The translations under genes and the position numbers were made by a program. Shown piece by piece: positions 9,823-18,634 of a DNA stretch of 56,934 nt (position 1 is the stretch's first letter; each line of letters begins with the position of its first letter). The stretch is from Rhodanobacter sp. (GTDB lineage: Bacteria; Pseudomonadota; Gammaproteobacteria; Xanthomonadales; Rhodanobacteraceae), in assembly GCA_035655635.1 (NCBI GenBank), contig DASRUB010000091.1, positions 1 through 56,934 of the forward strand, written 5' to 3'. The notes under the pieces were generated by a model. It was not told the origin of the DNA. It was given only the letters and a program-made list of their open reading frames with translations, and did no database searches.

Positions 9823-11538
9823 ATGACCATGCACAAGACACTAGTCAAACTGGCGACCACAGGACTGGCGCTTCTGGCAACATCCGCAACAGCCGAAACC
9901 TTTCGTGTAACCATCCCGTCATCGGCTGCCAAGGGTCCGTTTGACGGCCGGGTCATCCTCATCCTGACCCCCAACGGCGCCACTGAACCGCGCGAGCAGG
10001 TCGTCCCGGGCGTAAAGGCCGCGCAGATATTCGGCGTTACCGTGGATGGCCTCAAAGCGGGGCAAAGTGCGAAAATCGACACCAGTACCTTTGGCTATCC
10101 AAAGGAAGATCTGAAACAGGTGCCAGCCGGACGTTATTTTGTCCAGGCAGTGCTGCACCGTTATGACACTTATCATCTGGGCAACGGGAAGACGGTGAAG
10201 TTGCCTGCGGCCCGCGGCGCAGGTCAGAACTGGCGAATGGAGCCTGGCAACCTGGTCAGCACGCCGCAGCAGATCAGCTTCGATCCAGCCAAGAGCGGCG
10301 AGATCAACATTACCCTGGACAAGGTCAACCCGCCGATCGTGGCCGAGAAGGACACAAAGTTCATTCGTCACTTCAAATTCCGCAGCGAAAAGCTGTCCAG
10401 GTTCTGGGGGCGCGACACCTATATCACCGGGCACGTTCTGGTGCCGAAGGGATTCGACGAACACCCGAATGCACGCTACCCGCTCATGGTCAACCAAGGG
10501 CACTTCCCGATGACAGTAGGTGGCTTTCGCACCACGCCACCCGATGAAAACCTGAAATGTGAGTACAGCGAGCGCTTCAACTTGCCCTGCTACAACCGCA
10601 TGGAGCAGGAAGAAGCGTACAAGTTCTACCAGAAGTGGATCTCGGACGATTTTCCGCGCTACCTGGTCGTGGAGATCGATCATTCCAATCCGTATTACGA
10701 CGACTCCTACGCCGTCAACTCGGAAAACCTAGGCCCGTACGGCGATGCAATCACGTATGAGTTCATCCCCGCGCTCGAGAAGAAATTCCACGGCCTCGGC
10801 CAGGGCTGGGCGCGTTTCCTCTACGGCGGCTCGACCGGCGGCTGGGAAGCGCTGGGCGTGCAGGTGAAGTACCCGGATCAGTACAACGGTGCGTTCGCCG
10901 CCTGTCCGGATCCGATCGATTTTCGGAAGATGATGCTGACCAACATCTACACCGACAAGAACATGTACTACAACATCGGCACATTCAACAACGTCCAGCG
11001 CCCGGCCCACCGCAACTACCTTGGCGAGGTCCAGTACACGACCCAGGACGAGAACCATCTGGAGTTGGTGCTAGGCGACAAGAACCGCTCCGGCGGGCAA
11101 TGGGACGTCTGGGATGCCGTGTTCTCGCCCATGGGCAACGATGGCTACGTCAACCCGCTGTGGAACAAGCGCACCGGCGAGATCAACCCGACGGTCGCCA
11201 AGTACTGGCAGGACAATTACGACCTGCGCCACATCATGGAACGCGACTGGCAGACCCTCGCACCCAAGCTCAAGGGCAAGATCCACATCTTCGTCGGCGA
11301 CATGGACAACTACTACCTGAACGACGCGGTGTATCTGACCGAGGACTTCCTGAAGAACGCCAAACCAGCCTACGAGGGCGCGGTGGAGTACGGTGATCGT
11401 GCCGAGCATTGCTGGAATGGCGAAAGTCCCAACGCGCTGGGCCGCCTGCATTACAACACGATGTATCTGCCCACCATTCTGAAGCAGATGGAAGATACCG
11501 CGCCCAAGGGAGCAGACCTCACCAGCTGGAAATACTGA
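9823..11538 (+). CDS. Secreted alpha/beta-hydrolase (esterase family) with N-terminal extension
   Basis: Signal peptide ending ATA-E; nucleophile elbow GGSTGG; GDMDN acid and AEHCW His. 27 bp downstream of the M24 gene. Confidence 0.8.
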   Translation: MTMHKTLVKLATTGLALLATSATAETFRVTIPSSAAKGPFDGRVILILTPNGATEPREQVVPGVKAAQIFGVTVDGLKAGQSAKIDTSTFGYPKEDLKQVPAGRYFVQAVLHRYDTYHLGNGKTVKLPAARGAGQNWRMEPGNLVSTPQQISFDPAKSGEINITLDKVNPPIVAEKDTKFIRHFKFRSEKLSRFWGRDTYITGHVLVPKGFDEHPNARYPLMVNQGHFPMTVGGFRTTPPDENLKCEYSERFNLPCYNRMEQEEAYKFYQKWISDDFPRYLVVEIDHSNPYYDDSYAVNSENLGPYGDAITYEFIPALEKKFHGLGQGWARFLYGGSTGGWEALGVQVKYPDQYNGAFAACPDPIDFRKMMLTNIYTDKNMYYNIGTFNNVQRPAHRNYLGEVQYTTQDENHLELVLGDKNRSGGQWDVWDAVFSPMGNDGYVNPLWNKRTGEINPTVAKYWQDNYDLRHIMERDWQTLAPKLKGKIHIFVGDMDNYYLNDAVYLTEDFLKNAKPAYEGAVEYGDRAEHCWNGESPNALGRLHYNTMYLPTILKQMEDTAPKGADLTSWKY

Positions 11539-11785
11539 CCGGTCAAATGGCAGCAACGAGATACGGACCCGGACAACCGATCAGAGGTGTCATCACCGAC
11601 ACCTCTCATCGCCCGACGCATGTTCGAAAGGCTACCGGGCGGACAGTCGAGTCGTTACCGGGAGTTACGGGCATGGGCGCAGCGGGGATCGAAGAGAACG
11701 ACGCAGCGATGGCGAAACGCCCGAGTTTGGAGGGTTCAGGCATGTGCGGGCCAGTCGGCGCAAGCGCGACCCGCGTCGACTTGCA

Positions 11786-12865
11786 CTACGGCTCCGCTGG
11801 GTGTTTTGAACCTGGTGCATCCCCGAGGTTGTACTTCATGATGGCGCCGTGCGGCCCGCTGCGATCGCGCTCCAGTGCGTACACGTCTCCATCCGGGCCG
11901 CGGCGCTGGGCGAGGATCACATCAATGGCGTCGCGGTCCTGCGCAGCAAGCTCGAGGGTGCCCAGTCGAATCGTGTCTTCCAGGTGGCCGGCGTGGCTTG
12001 CGCCCACGATCACCCCGGCGACCAGCGGCAGCTCCAGCACATAACGGGAAGCGACATTGGCGATGCTGGCGCCGTGGCGCTCGGCCACCTCGCTGAGTGT
12101 CTCCAGCAGGCTCTGGAACAGATCCCAGCCACCGAATTCGTCGATGATGAGCTTGTATTTGACCCGTGACCGGTTCGTCAGCACACCGGTCGGCTCCGCC
12201 TTGCCGAGCCAGCTTTCGCTGAGGAAGCCGCCGGCGAGCGTGCCGTAGCAAAGCAACCTGGTTCCCAATTGCCGGCAGGTTTCAGTGAGGCGTCCGGCAG
12301 GTCGATGATCGAGCAGCGAGTACTGGACTTGCACCGTGGAAAAGGTGACGCCGGCATCAGCAATCTGCTGTACGTGGCTGGCGTCGAAATTGGTTCCACT
12401 GATCAGATGGATCTTGCCCTCGGCCTGCAGGTCGCGCAGATGCAAGGCGGTATCGACATAGCGCGGTTGGGTGTAATCCCACCAGTGGAACTGCACCAGG
12501 TCCAGGCGTTCCATGCGCAGGCGCCGCAGGGAGCGATCGATGATGCGGCGCACGTCCTGCGCGGTGATCGTTGACAACAGGTCGATGTCCGGGACGAACT
12601 TGGTGTGGACCTTGAGTCTGTCCAGCGCTTGCGGGCCGCGACTCTGCAACATGGTCGCGCGAAAGTCGCCAATCATTTCCTCGACGCCGGTGTAGATATC
12701 GGCGCAATCGAACGTCGTCACGCCAGCATCGTAAAAGGCCGCGAGATCCTGGGTCACCCGGGAGCGCTCGACCGCGCCGTGTCCGCCGGCCAGTTGCCAG
12801 CCGCCGCGAATGATCCGCGAAATGACATAGCCCGGCTTGATTTCACAAGTTTCCGACAGCGTCAT
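11786..12865 (-). CDS. Aldo/keto reductase
   Basis: GGWQL, TTFDCADIY (catalytic D/Y), HTK, SLRRLRMERLDLVQFH, QYSLLD. Confidence 0.92.
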   Translation of the reverse strand: MTLSETCEIKPGYVISRIIRGGWQLAGGHGAVERSRVTQDLAAFYDAGVTTFDCADIYTGVEEMIGDFRATMLQSRGPQALDRLKVHTKFVPDIDLLSTITAQDVRRIIDRSLRRLRMERLDLVQFHWWDYTQPRYVDTALHLRDLQAEGKIHLISGTNFDASHVQQIADAGVTFSTVQVQYSLLDHRPAGRLTETCRQLGTRLLCYGTLAGGFLSESWLGKAEPTGVLTNRSRVKYKLIIDEFGGWDLFQSLLETLSEVAERHGASIANVASRYVLELPLVAGVIVGASHAGHLEDTIRLGTLELAAQDRDAIDVILAQRRGPDGDVYALERDRSGPHGAIMKYNLGDAPGSKHPAEP

Positions 12866-13212
12866 GGCGCGGGCGTCCGTACCGCCGTGACCTCATCGTG
12901 GTGAAAGCGCCGGCGGCCCAGCCGGGTGATGCGCAGGCGCGATGGGCAGCCCGGATCGGGGCAGGCCACTTCGGCATCGGTGCTCATCCAGTCATTCGCA
13001 TCGGTCACCCGCTGCTTTGCCGCCAGCAGCGGGAGGACCGCGGCCAGCGAATAGATGGAGAATCCCTGTCCATCCGGAAGATGGAGCAATTCACCGCGCA
13101 GTTCGAAACTGTCGCCCGCCGTGGCCGAGCAGTAAAGTTTGGCGCCGGGAGGGGCCACCACTTCGACCCTCAGGTCGTACAGTTCGAAGGCGTCATCGTC
13201 AGGTTGTTGCAT
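12862..13212 (-). CDS. TIGR04076-family small Cys-containing protein
   Basis: MQQPDDDAFELYDLRVEV..YC..GDSFEL..ACPDPGC pattern. Start overlaps the MFS stop (TGATG) and the stop overlaps the AKR start (ATGA), indicating translational coupling. Confidence 0.75.
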   Translation of the reverse strand: MQQPDDDAFELYDLRVEVVAPPGAKLYCSATAGDSFELRGELLHLPDGQGFSIYSLAAVLPLLAAKQRVTDANDWMSTDAEVACPDPGCPSRLRITRLGRRRFHHDEVTAVRTPAP

Positions 13213-14510
13213 CAGGATCTCCGTGCTCGGATGGCGGCTGCCAGCACCAGCGCTGCCAACAAATAAGAAACGACTACGGTAAAGCTGATCGCCGGCCCAA
13301 GCCCGGCGCCGGGTCCGAACACATGGTCTCCCGCGAGTGCGACTGCAGTCGGGCCAAAGCCCGCGCCGAGCGCCACATTGAGAAAGAAGCTGATCGCCAT
13401 GGCCCGCCCGCGCATGCGATTGGGTGTCGCGTCGAGGATCGCGGACAGGCCGGAGGCGGTGACCACGGCCGACAGCGCGAAATAGATCGGTACGGCAAAC
13501 ATCACGCCGGACGCGCTGTGGCTGTTGATCATCACGGCGGCCGGCAAGGTGGCCACCACGGCCAGGCAACACAGTTCGATCTTGCCGTTGCGTCCGCGCC
13601 AGATGGCGAAGCGGTCGGCCAGGGCGCCGCCCGCCAGCATGCCGCCGCCGTAGCCGAGCATCAGCAGCAGTCCGAGTTCAACGCCGACCCTGGCCGGATC
13701 GAGGCCGAACTGCCGTATCAACAGCGACGGCGCCCACGCGCCGACGGCATTGTCGACCATGGATGCCACGGCAACGACCAGAAACACCGGTGCCATCCGC
13801 CGCAGTATCCGGAACAGCGAGTCGTGGCCTTCGCCAGGCAGCACTTTCTCCTCGAAGATCTGATCTTGCCTGCGTACCGGTTCCTTGATGGCAAGCAGCA
13901 GCAGTGCCCACAACAAGCTGGGCAGGCCCACTGCCAGAAGCACGAGCCGCCATTGAGCCCAGTGGGCAACGGGCGTTGCTGCAAAGAGGCCATCGCGCAC
14001 CAGGTCAAGCACGCCGCCACCGATCAGGATCGAGCCGCCGATACCGACCGCGATGCCGGTGAAGAACGTGCCGACCGCGAGCCCGCGTCGCTTGGGCTCG
14101 AACGTATCGCTGATGAGGGAGATGGCCGCCGGCGAGAGCACTGCCTCGCCGAGACCGACCACGACCCGCGCCACGAACAACATCGCAAACGAAGGCGCCA
14201 CGGCGCACATGAGCGTGCCCACGCTCCAGATCAGCACACCGGCCACGATCAGGTTGCGGCGCGACGTGCGATCGGCAAGAAACCCCAGCGGAACCCCCGC
14301 GACGCCATAGATCGCGGCAAACGCGGTACCCAGCAACAGGCTCATCTGCGTATCGCTGATGTGCAGATCGTGCCGGATCGGATCGACCAGCAGGCTGAGT
14401 ACCTGACGGTCGGTATACGCGAGTACCGCCGTCGCAAACAGGATCAATACGACGGTGCAGGCGCGCGCGAGGCTCGGATAAGGTGCATCGGTCTCAGTGG
14501 AAAGTGTCAT
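13212..14510 (-). CDS. MFS transporter (spinster-like)
   Basis: About 12 hydrophobic segments; YTDRQ; motif A GFLADRTSRR; ARVVVGLGEA. Confidence 0.92.
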   Translation of the reverse strand: MTLSTETDAPYPSLARACTVVLILFATAVLAYTDRQVLSLLVDPIRHDLHISDTQMSLLLGTAFAAIYGVAGVPLGFLADRTSRRNLIVAGVLIWSVGTLMCAVAPSFAMLFVARVVVGLGEAVLSPAAISLISDTFEPKRRGLAVGTFFTGIAVGIGGSILIGGGVLDLVRDGLFAATPVAHWAQWRLVLLAVGLPSLLWALLLLAIKEPVRRQDQIFEEKVLPGEGHDSLFRILRRMAPVFLVVAVASMVDNAVGAWAPSLLIRQFGLDPARVGVELGLLLMLGYGGGMLAGGALADRFAIWRGRNGKIELCCLAVVATLPAAVMINSHSASGVMFAVPIYFALSAVVTASGLSAILDATPNRMRGRAMAISFFLNVALGAGFGPTAVALAGDHVFGPGAGLGPAISFTVVVSYLLAALVLAAAIRARRS

Positions 14511-15241
14511 CCGGCGACCGATTCAATTTCGGTGCAAGACGCAGCAGACACCCGTACGTCACGCGGGTGGCAGGGAATGCCCGGTCTTGGTGGGTTGCTG
14601 GCGATGGCGGCGGCTTGTTGAATATCGATGACACTGCGGTTGCGTAACAGTCTACGACTGAGTAACTGGGTTGCACTGGTCAGAAAGCTACAGGGAACCT
14701 CGGTTTTTTTCACCTGCCGTCAATCACGGTAGCCTGTGGTGGTGGAGCAGCTACTCGTCCTCGAGGACAGAGGAGGCCCGGGCGATGATGCGTCCTTGCA
14801 GAACGGCTATTGGGTCAGGTTCAGTGCCGACGGTTTGCACTACCAGGACGCGCGCGATGAGCTTGGCAGGTGCCGGCGCATCGTGTGCTGCGGCACGCCG
14901 GGCAGCGTGAGTCGTGGCTGTCAGGCCATCGGTTGAGGAACGAACTGGGAGTGCTCGCGTCATGTCATCTCCCGTCGCCGTGTCTTGTGAATGCTTGCCG
15001 CGGACGTCTGCGGGAACGTGAACCTGACGCCGATCCAGCAAGCCTGGGACCGATCCAGCAGCGCAAGCTGTTCACCGGCGGAGCCAGCCGATGGCCATTG
15101 ATTGAATCAACCACCGCACCACACTATATTGCCGGCCATTCGTCCGAGTTTGTGCGACCTTCAAGATTACCGCGGACAGACGGTACGCCCGGCCGACTCG
15201 CATCCGCCGCATCGTGAACACTTCTTGCGGAATTTCGCACT

Positions 15242-16726
15242 ATGACATCCACGTCAGCAACGTCGCTCGACCGCAGACTCGGCCTCGTAGGCCTGGCTGC
15301 CACGGGCATCTGCTCGATGATAGGCGCCTCGATTTATGTGATTCCGTTCATGATCCAGCGGAATGTGCCCGGCATCGGTCCCTACGTTTTGCCGGCGTTC
15401 CTGCTTGCCGCGATTCCCGCTGCACTTGCCGCCTTTGCCTACGCGATTCTCGCCTCGGCCATGCCGCGCGCTGGCGGGAGCTACGTTTACGCAAGCCGCG
15501 CACTCGGACCCTACTTCGGCTTCGTGGCCAGCTTCTCGCAATGGTTTGGCTTGTCCATTGCGATCGGGGTGGTGGCCTATCTGGTCGTGCCGTTTTTTCG
15601 CGACATCGCGAGCTTGCTTGATCTGAACCAGCTCGCTGGTGTACTGGACAGGGGCGTAGTCCGCGTCACTGTCGCGCTGGTCATCCTGTGGGCGTTCGTC
15701 TGGCTGAATATTCGGGGAGTCAAGCTGTATGAGCGCATCGTGATACCGCTCATGGTCCTGATGTTCCTGTTAGGCGGGGTCGTGATAGTGGCCGGGCTGT
15801 CCTTCAATCACCAGGATTTCGCCGCAGCGATCCTGCACAAGGAAAACCGAATCCTCGTGCCGACGGGCGCCGTCTTTCACTGGTCCACCTTGGCTGCCGG
15901 CTCCGCCGTCTTGTTCTCGAGCTTCATCGGCTTCGACTCGATTGCGCAAGCGGGCGGTGAAGCGAAGGATCCGTCGCGCGCACTGCCGCGGGCGATCGGC
16001 ATCGCGATCGTCGCGGTCACGCTTTTCTATGTCGCGTTCACGTTCTCGGTGTACCACACGGTGCCATGGAGTTTTGTAGCCGAGCAGGCGCGCAGCGGGG
16101 ACGTTACCGCGCCTGGTCTGCTGGGTTACGTGCTGTCTTCGGGTTGGGCTGTGCCCATCGTTCTCGGTGCTTCCATCGCGTTGTTGAACGATTTGCCCGC
16201 AATGATCCTGTCGGTGTCGAGGCTCATGTTCGCGTGGGCCGAGGACGGGATATTCCCAGCGCCCATTGCGTCGATCCACCCCACGCACCACACGCCATAC
16301 ATGGCCATCCTCCTGAGCGGACTCATGGCGACCGTCGGTGTCCTGGGCAGTCATTTTGCTGGCGATTTTTTTCTAGGCATCGACATCATGGTCACCTCGA
16401 TGCTGGTCAATTACCTGTTGATGTGCGTCTCGGTCTTGTTGTTGCCACGGAACAACCCGGAGATCGCCGCGAGAGTCACGGTGGTGCGGTCGCTGGCTCT
16501 GCAGCGTTCGCTGGCCGTTTCCGGAATTTTATGTCTTTCGCTCCTGCTGATTGTCCACATTGTCAGCGACCTCGGAACGACGGTGAGCGCGTGGTATTTC
16601 CACTCGACAGTTCCGTGGCTTCTCGTGATGCTGATTGCTTCGGTCATTTTCCTGTACTACTGGAGAAGGCTCCGCGCTTCGGGCGTGGATACGACCGAGC
16701 TCTTTTCCAAATTGCCCCAAGGTTGA
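15242..16726 (+). CDS. APC family amino acid/polyamine permease
   Basis: MIGASIY, MPRAGGSYVY, FIGFD..GGEAKDP, SRLMFAWAEDG motifs; multiple TM helices. Confidence 0.92.
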   Translation: MTSTSATSLDRRLGLVGLAATGICSMIGASIYVIPFMIQRNVPGIGPYVLPAFLLAAIPAALAAFAYAILASAMPRAGGSYVYASRALGPYFGFVASFSQWFGLSIAIGVVAYLVVPFFRDIASLLDLNQLAGVLDRGVVRVTVALVILWAFVWLNIRGVKLYERIVIPLMVLMFLLGGVVIVAGLSFNHQDFAAAILHKENRILVPTGAVFHWSTLAAGSAVLFSSFIGFDSIAQAGGEAKDPSRALPRAIGIAIVAVTLFYVAFTFSVYHTVPWSFVAEQARSGDVTAPGLLGYVLSSGWAVPIVLGASIALLNDLPAMILSVSRLMFAWAEDGIFPAPIASIHPTHHTPYMAILLSGLMATVGVLGSHFAGDFFLGIDIMVTSMLVNYLLMCVSVLLLPRNNPEIAARVTVVRSLALQRSLAVSGILCLSLLLIVHIVSDLGTTVSAWYFHSTVPWLLVMLIASVIFLYYWRRLRASGVDTTELFSKLPQG

Positions 16727-16735
16727 AGGATTCCG

Positions 16736-18211
16736 ATGAACACCAACACAAGCCACGACCCAGCCCCGGGTCTGGTGATTTGTCCGGTCGTAACGGGCCT
16801 GTGGCAAGTTGCCGACCTCGAGCGCGACGGACACGTGCTCGATCCTGCGCAGGCCGCGCTGTCCATGAAGGAGTACCTGGATGCCGGATTGACCACGTTC
16901 GACATGGCCGACCACTACGGATCGGCCGAAGACATAGCCGGTGTGTTTCACGCGCGTTTCGGTGGGAGCAACGCGCAGTTGCTGACCAAATGGGTGCCCT
17001 CGCCAGGCGTGATCACAAAACAGGATGTTCGCGCAGCCGTGCAGAAGTCACTGCGGCGTTTGCAATCCGAGCGGATAGACCTGCTGCAGTTTCACAGCTG
17101 GAACTATGCGGACCCGGCGTGGCTGGATTGTCTGTACTGGTTGAACGAACTGAAGGCGGAAGGGCTCATCGCCCATCTGGGACTAACCAATTTCGATACC
17201 GCACATCTGGAAATGGTCGTGCACAGTGGCATCGAGGTGGCCTCGAATCAGGTGTGTTACTCCTTGCTCGACCAGCGAGCGTCCGGGCCAATGACCGCGG
17301 CGTGCCTGCGCCACGGCATCAAGCTGCTTGCGTTCGGAACGGTCGCCGGCGGCTTTCTCTCCGGGAAATGGCTGAACCAAGGCGAGCCGCGTCTCGACGC
17401 TGCACTCACTTGGTCGCAGATGAAGTACAAGCGATTTATCGATACAGCCGGCGGCTGGACAAGGTTCCAGGAACTTCTGCAGGTGCTTCACGAGGTGAGC
17501 TTGGCAAGCGGTATGTCAATCGCCAATCTGGCCAGCCGTTACATACTCGAACAGCCCGGCGTGGGCGGCGTGATCGTTGGCGCACGGCTGGGTCGGAGTG
17601 AGCACATCACGGAAAACAAGGCTTTGCTCACGCAGTCGCTGGACGACGCCAGCAGTGGCAAAATTCGAAAGGCAGTGTTGGGAATGGGCCGGATACCCGG
17701 CGATTGTGGCGATGAATACCGAAAGCCGCCATTCCTGACCGCGTCCGGCGACTTGAGCCATCACGTGGATGCGGTAGCGACGCCCTATGCGTGTCAGTCT
17801 TCTGGCGTTGACGGACGGCAAAAGGTGCTCACGGGGACGACATGGGAAGAAGTGGCCGGCTTCAGCAGGGCGGTGCGCGTGGCGGATCGAATTCTGGTGT
17901 CGGGAACTACCGCCACGCTGGGAACCCGACACATCGGCGGCTCGGATCCAGCATCGCAGATGCACTTCGTGATCGACAAGATCGAGGGCGCCATCCAGTC
18001 CTTGGGAGGCAGCCTGCAGGATGTCGTGCGTACCCGGGTTTTCGTGAAAAACATCGCAGACTGGGAACAGTTTGCCCGCGTTCATGGCGAGCGATTCAGG
18101 GGAATCCAGCCTGCCAATACGATGATCGGTGCCAAACTGATCGGGGAAGAGTACCTCGTGGAAATGGAAGCGGAAGCGATGCTGCCACAAACGATGCTTC
18201 CCGCAGGCTAA
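16736..18211 (+). CDS. Aldo/keto reductase fused to a C-terminal Rid (YjgF/YER057c/UK114) domain
   Basis: AKR motifs GLWQ, TTFDMADHYG, LTK, IDLLQFH; C-terminal WEEVAGFSRAVR..VSGTTA..DVVRTRVFV..PANTMI..LVEMEAEA. Confidence 0.88.
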   Translation: MNTNTSHDPAPGLVICPVVTGLWQVADLERDGHVLDPAQAALSMKEYLDAGLTTFDMADHYGSAEDIAGVFHARFGGSNAQLLTKWVPSPGVITKQDVRAAVQKSLRRLQSERIDLLQFHSWNYADPAWLDCLYWLNELKAEGLIAHLGLTNFDTAHLEMVVHSGIEVASNQVCYSLLDQRASGPMTAACLRHGIKLLAFGTVAGGFLSGKWLNQGEPRLDAALTWSQMKYKRFIDTAGGWTRFQELLQVLHEVSLASGMSIANLASRYILEQPGVGGVIVGARLGRSEHITENKALLTQSLDDASSGKIRKAVLGMGRIPGDCGDEYRKPPFLTASGDLSHHVDAVATPYACQSSGVDGRQKVLTGTTWEEVAGFSRAVRVADRILVSGTTATLGTRHIGGSDPASQMHFVIDKIEGAIQSLGGSLQDVVRTRVFVKNIADWEQFARVHGERFRGIQPANTMIGAKLIGEEYLVEMEAEAMLPQTMLPAG

Positions 18212-18222
18212 AAGCGCCAGGT

Positions 18223-18510
18223 TGAGAAGACCCGGGTTTGACGAACAGCTTTGAACGGGACCATCCCTGCGAGTTGTCAGTCGCTCAAGTGTCAACAATT
18301 TACGCCAGAGTTCAAGCGTGAAGCGATCAAGTTGCTCGATGCGGGCGAATGGCCGCATCCGAGTTCCCCATCGATCTGGCTATCCGTCGGAACCAGCTCT
18401 ACAAGTGGAAGGCCGAAAAGGTTCGCTTGAGTGAGCTCTTGCTATTCGGCTCCGGGCGCAAGCACGCTGATCGGGACTTGGGCACGCATCCCGGTTTTCG
18501 GGGACAGGGA
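18223..18510 (+). mobile_element. IS3-family remnant (left end and frameshifted orfA HTH)
   Basis: Translation QFTPEFKREAIKLLDAGE / ASEFPIDLAIRRNQLYKWKAE across a frameshift matches IS3 OrfA. TGAGAAGACCCGGGTTTGACGAACA resembles an IS3 left inverted repeat. Right boundary uncertain. Confidence 0.75.
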
Positions 18511-18634
18511 CTGGCGACGCGCCTGTCCAGACACGTCGCTGCGGCCGTTCCGTCACCAAGGGACACGGCTTTCCCTCATTCGTCGAGGAGCAATCGCGCC
18601 GCAATATCGCTCCATGAGTGGCCAGGCTTCCGCT

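Noticed and set aside
12862-13572. 236-aa version of the TIGR04076 ORF
   Set aside because: The extension overlaps the MFS gene out of frame; the ATG at 13212 coupled to the MFS stop is the better start.
14511-15241. Small ORFs or gene remnants in the MFS-APC spacer (e.g. LPGVPQHT, YWVRFSADG)
   Set aside because: Matches to TonB-receptor or discoidin motifs are only a few residues long and cannot be supported.
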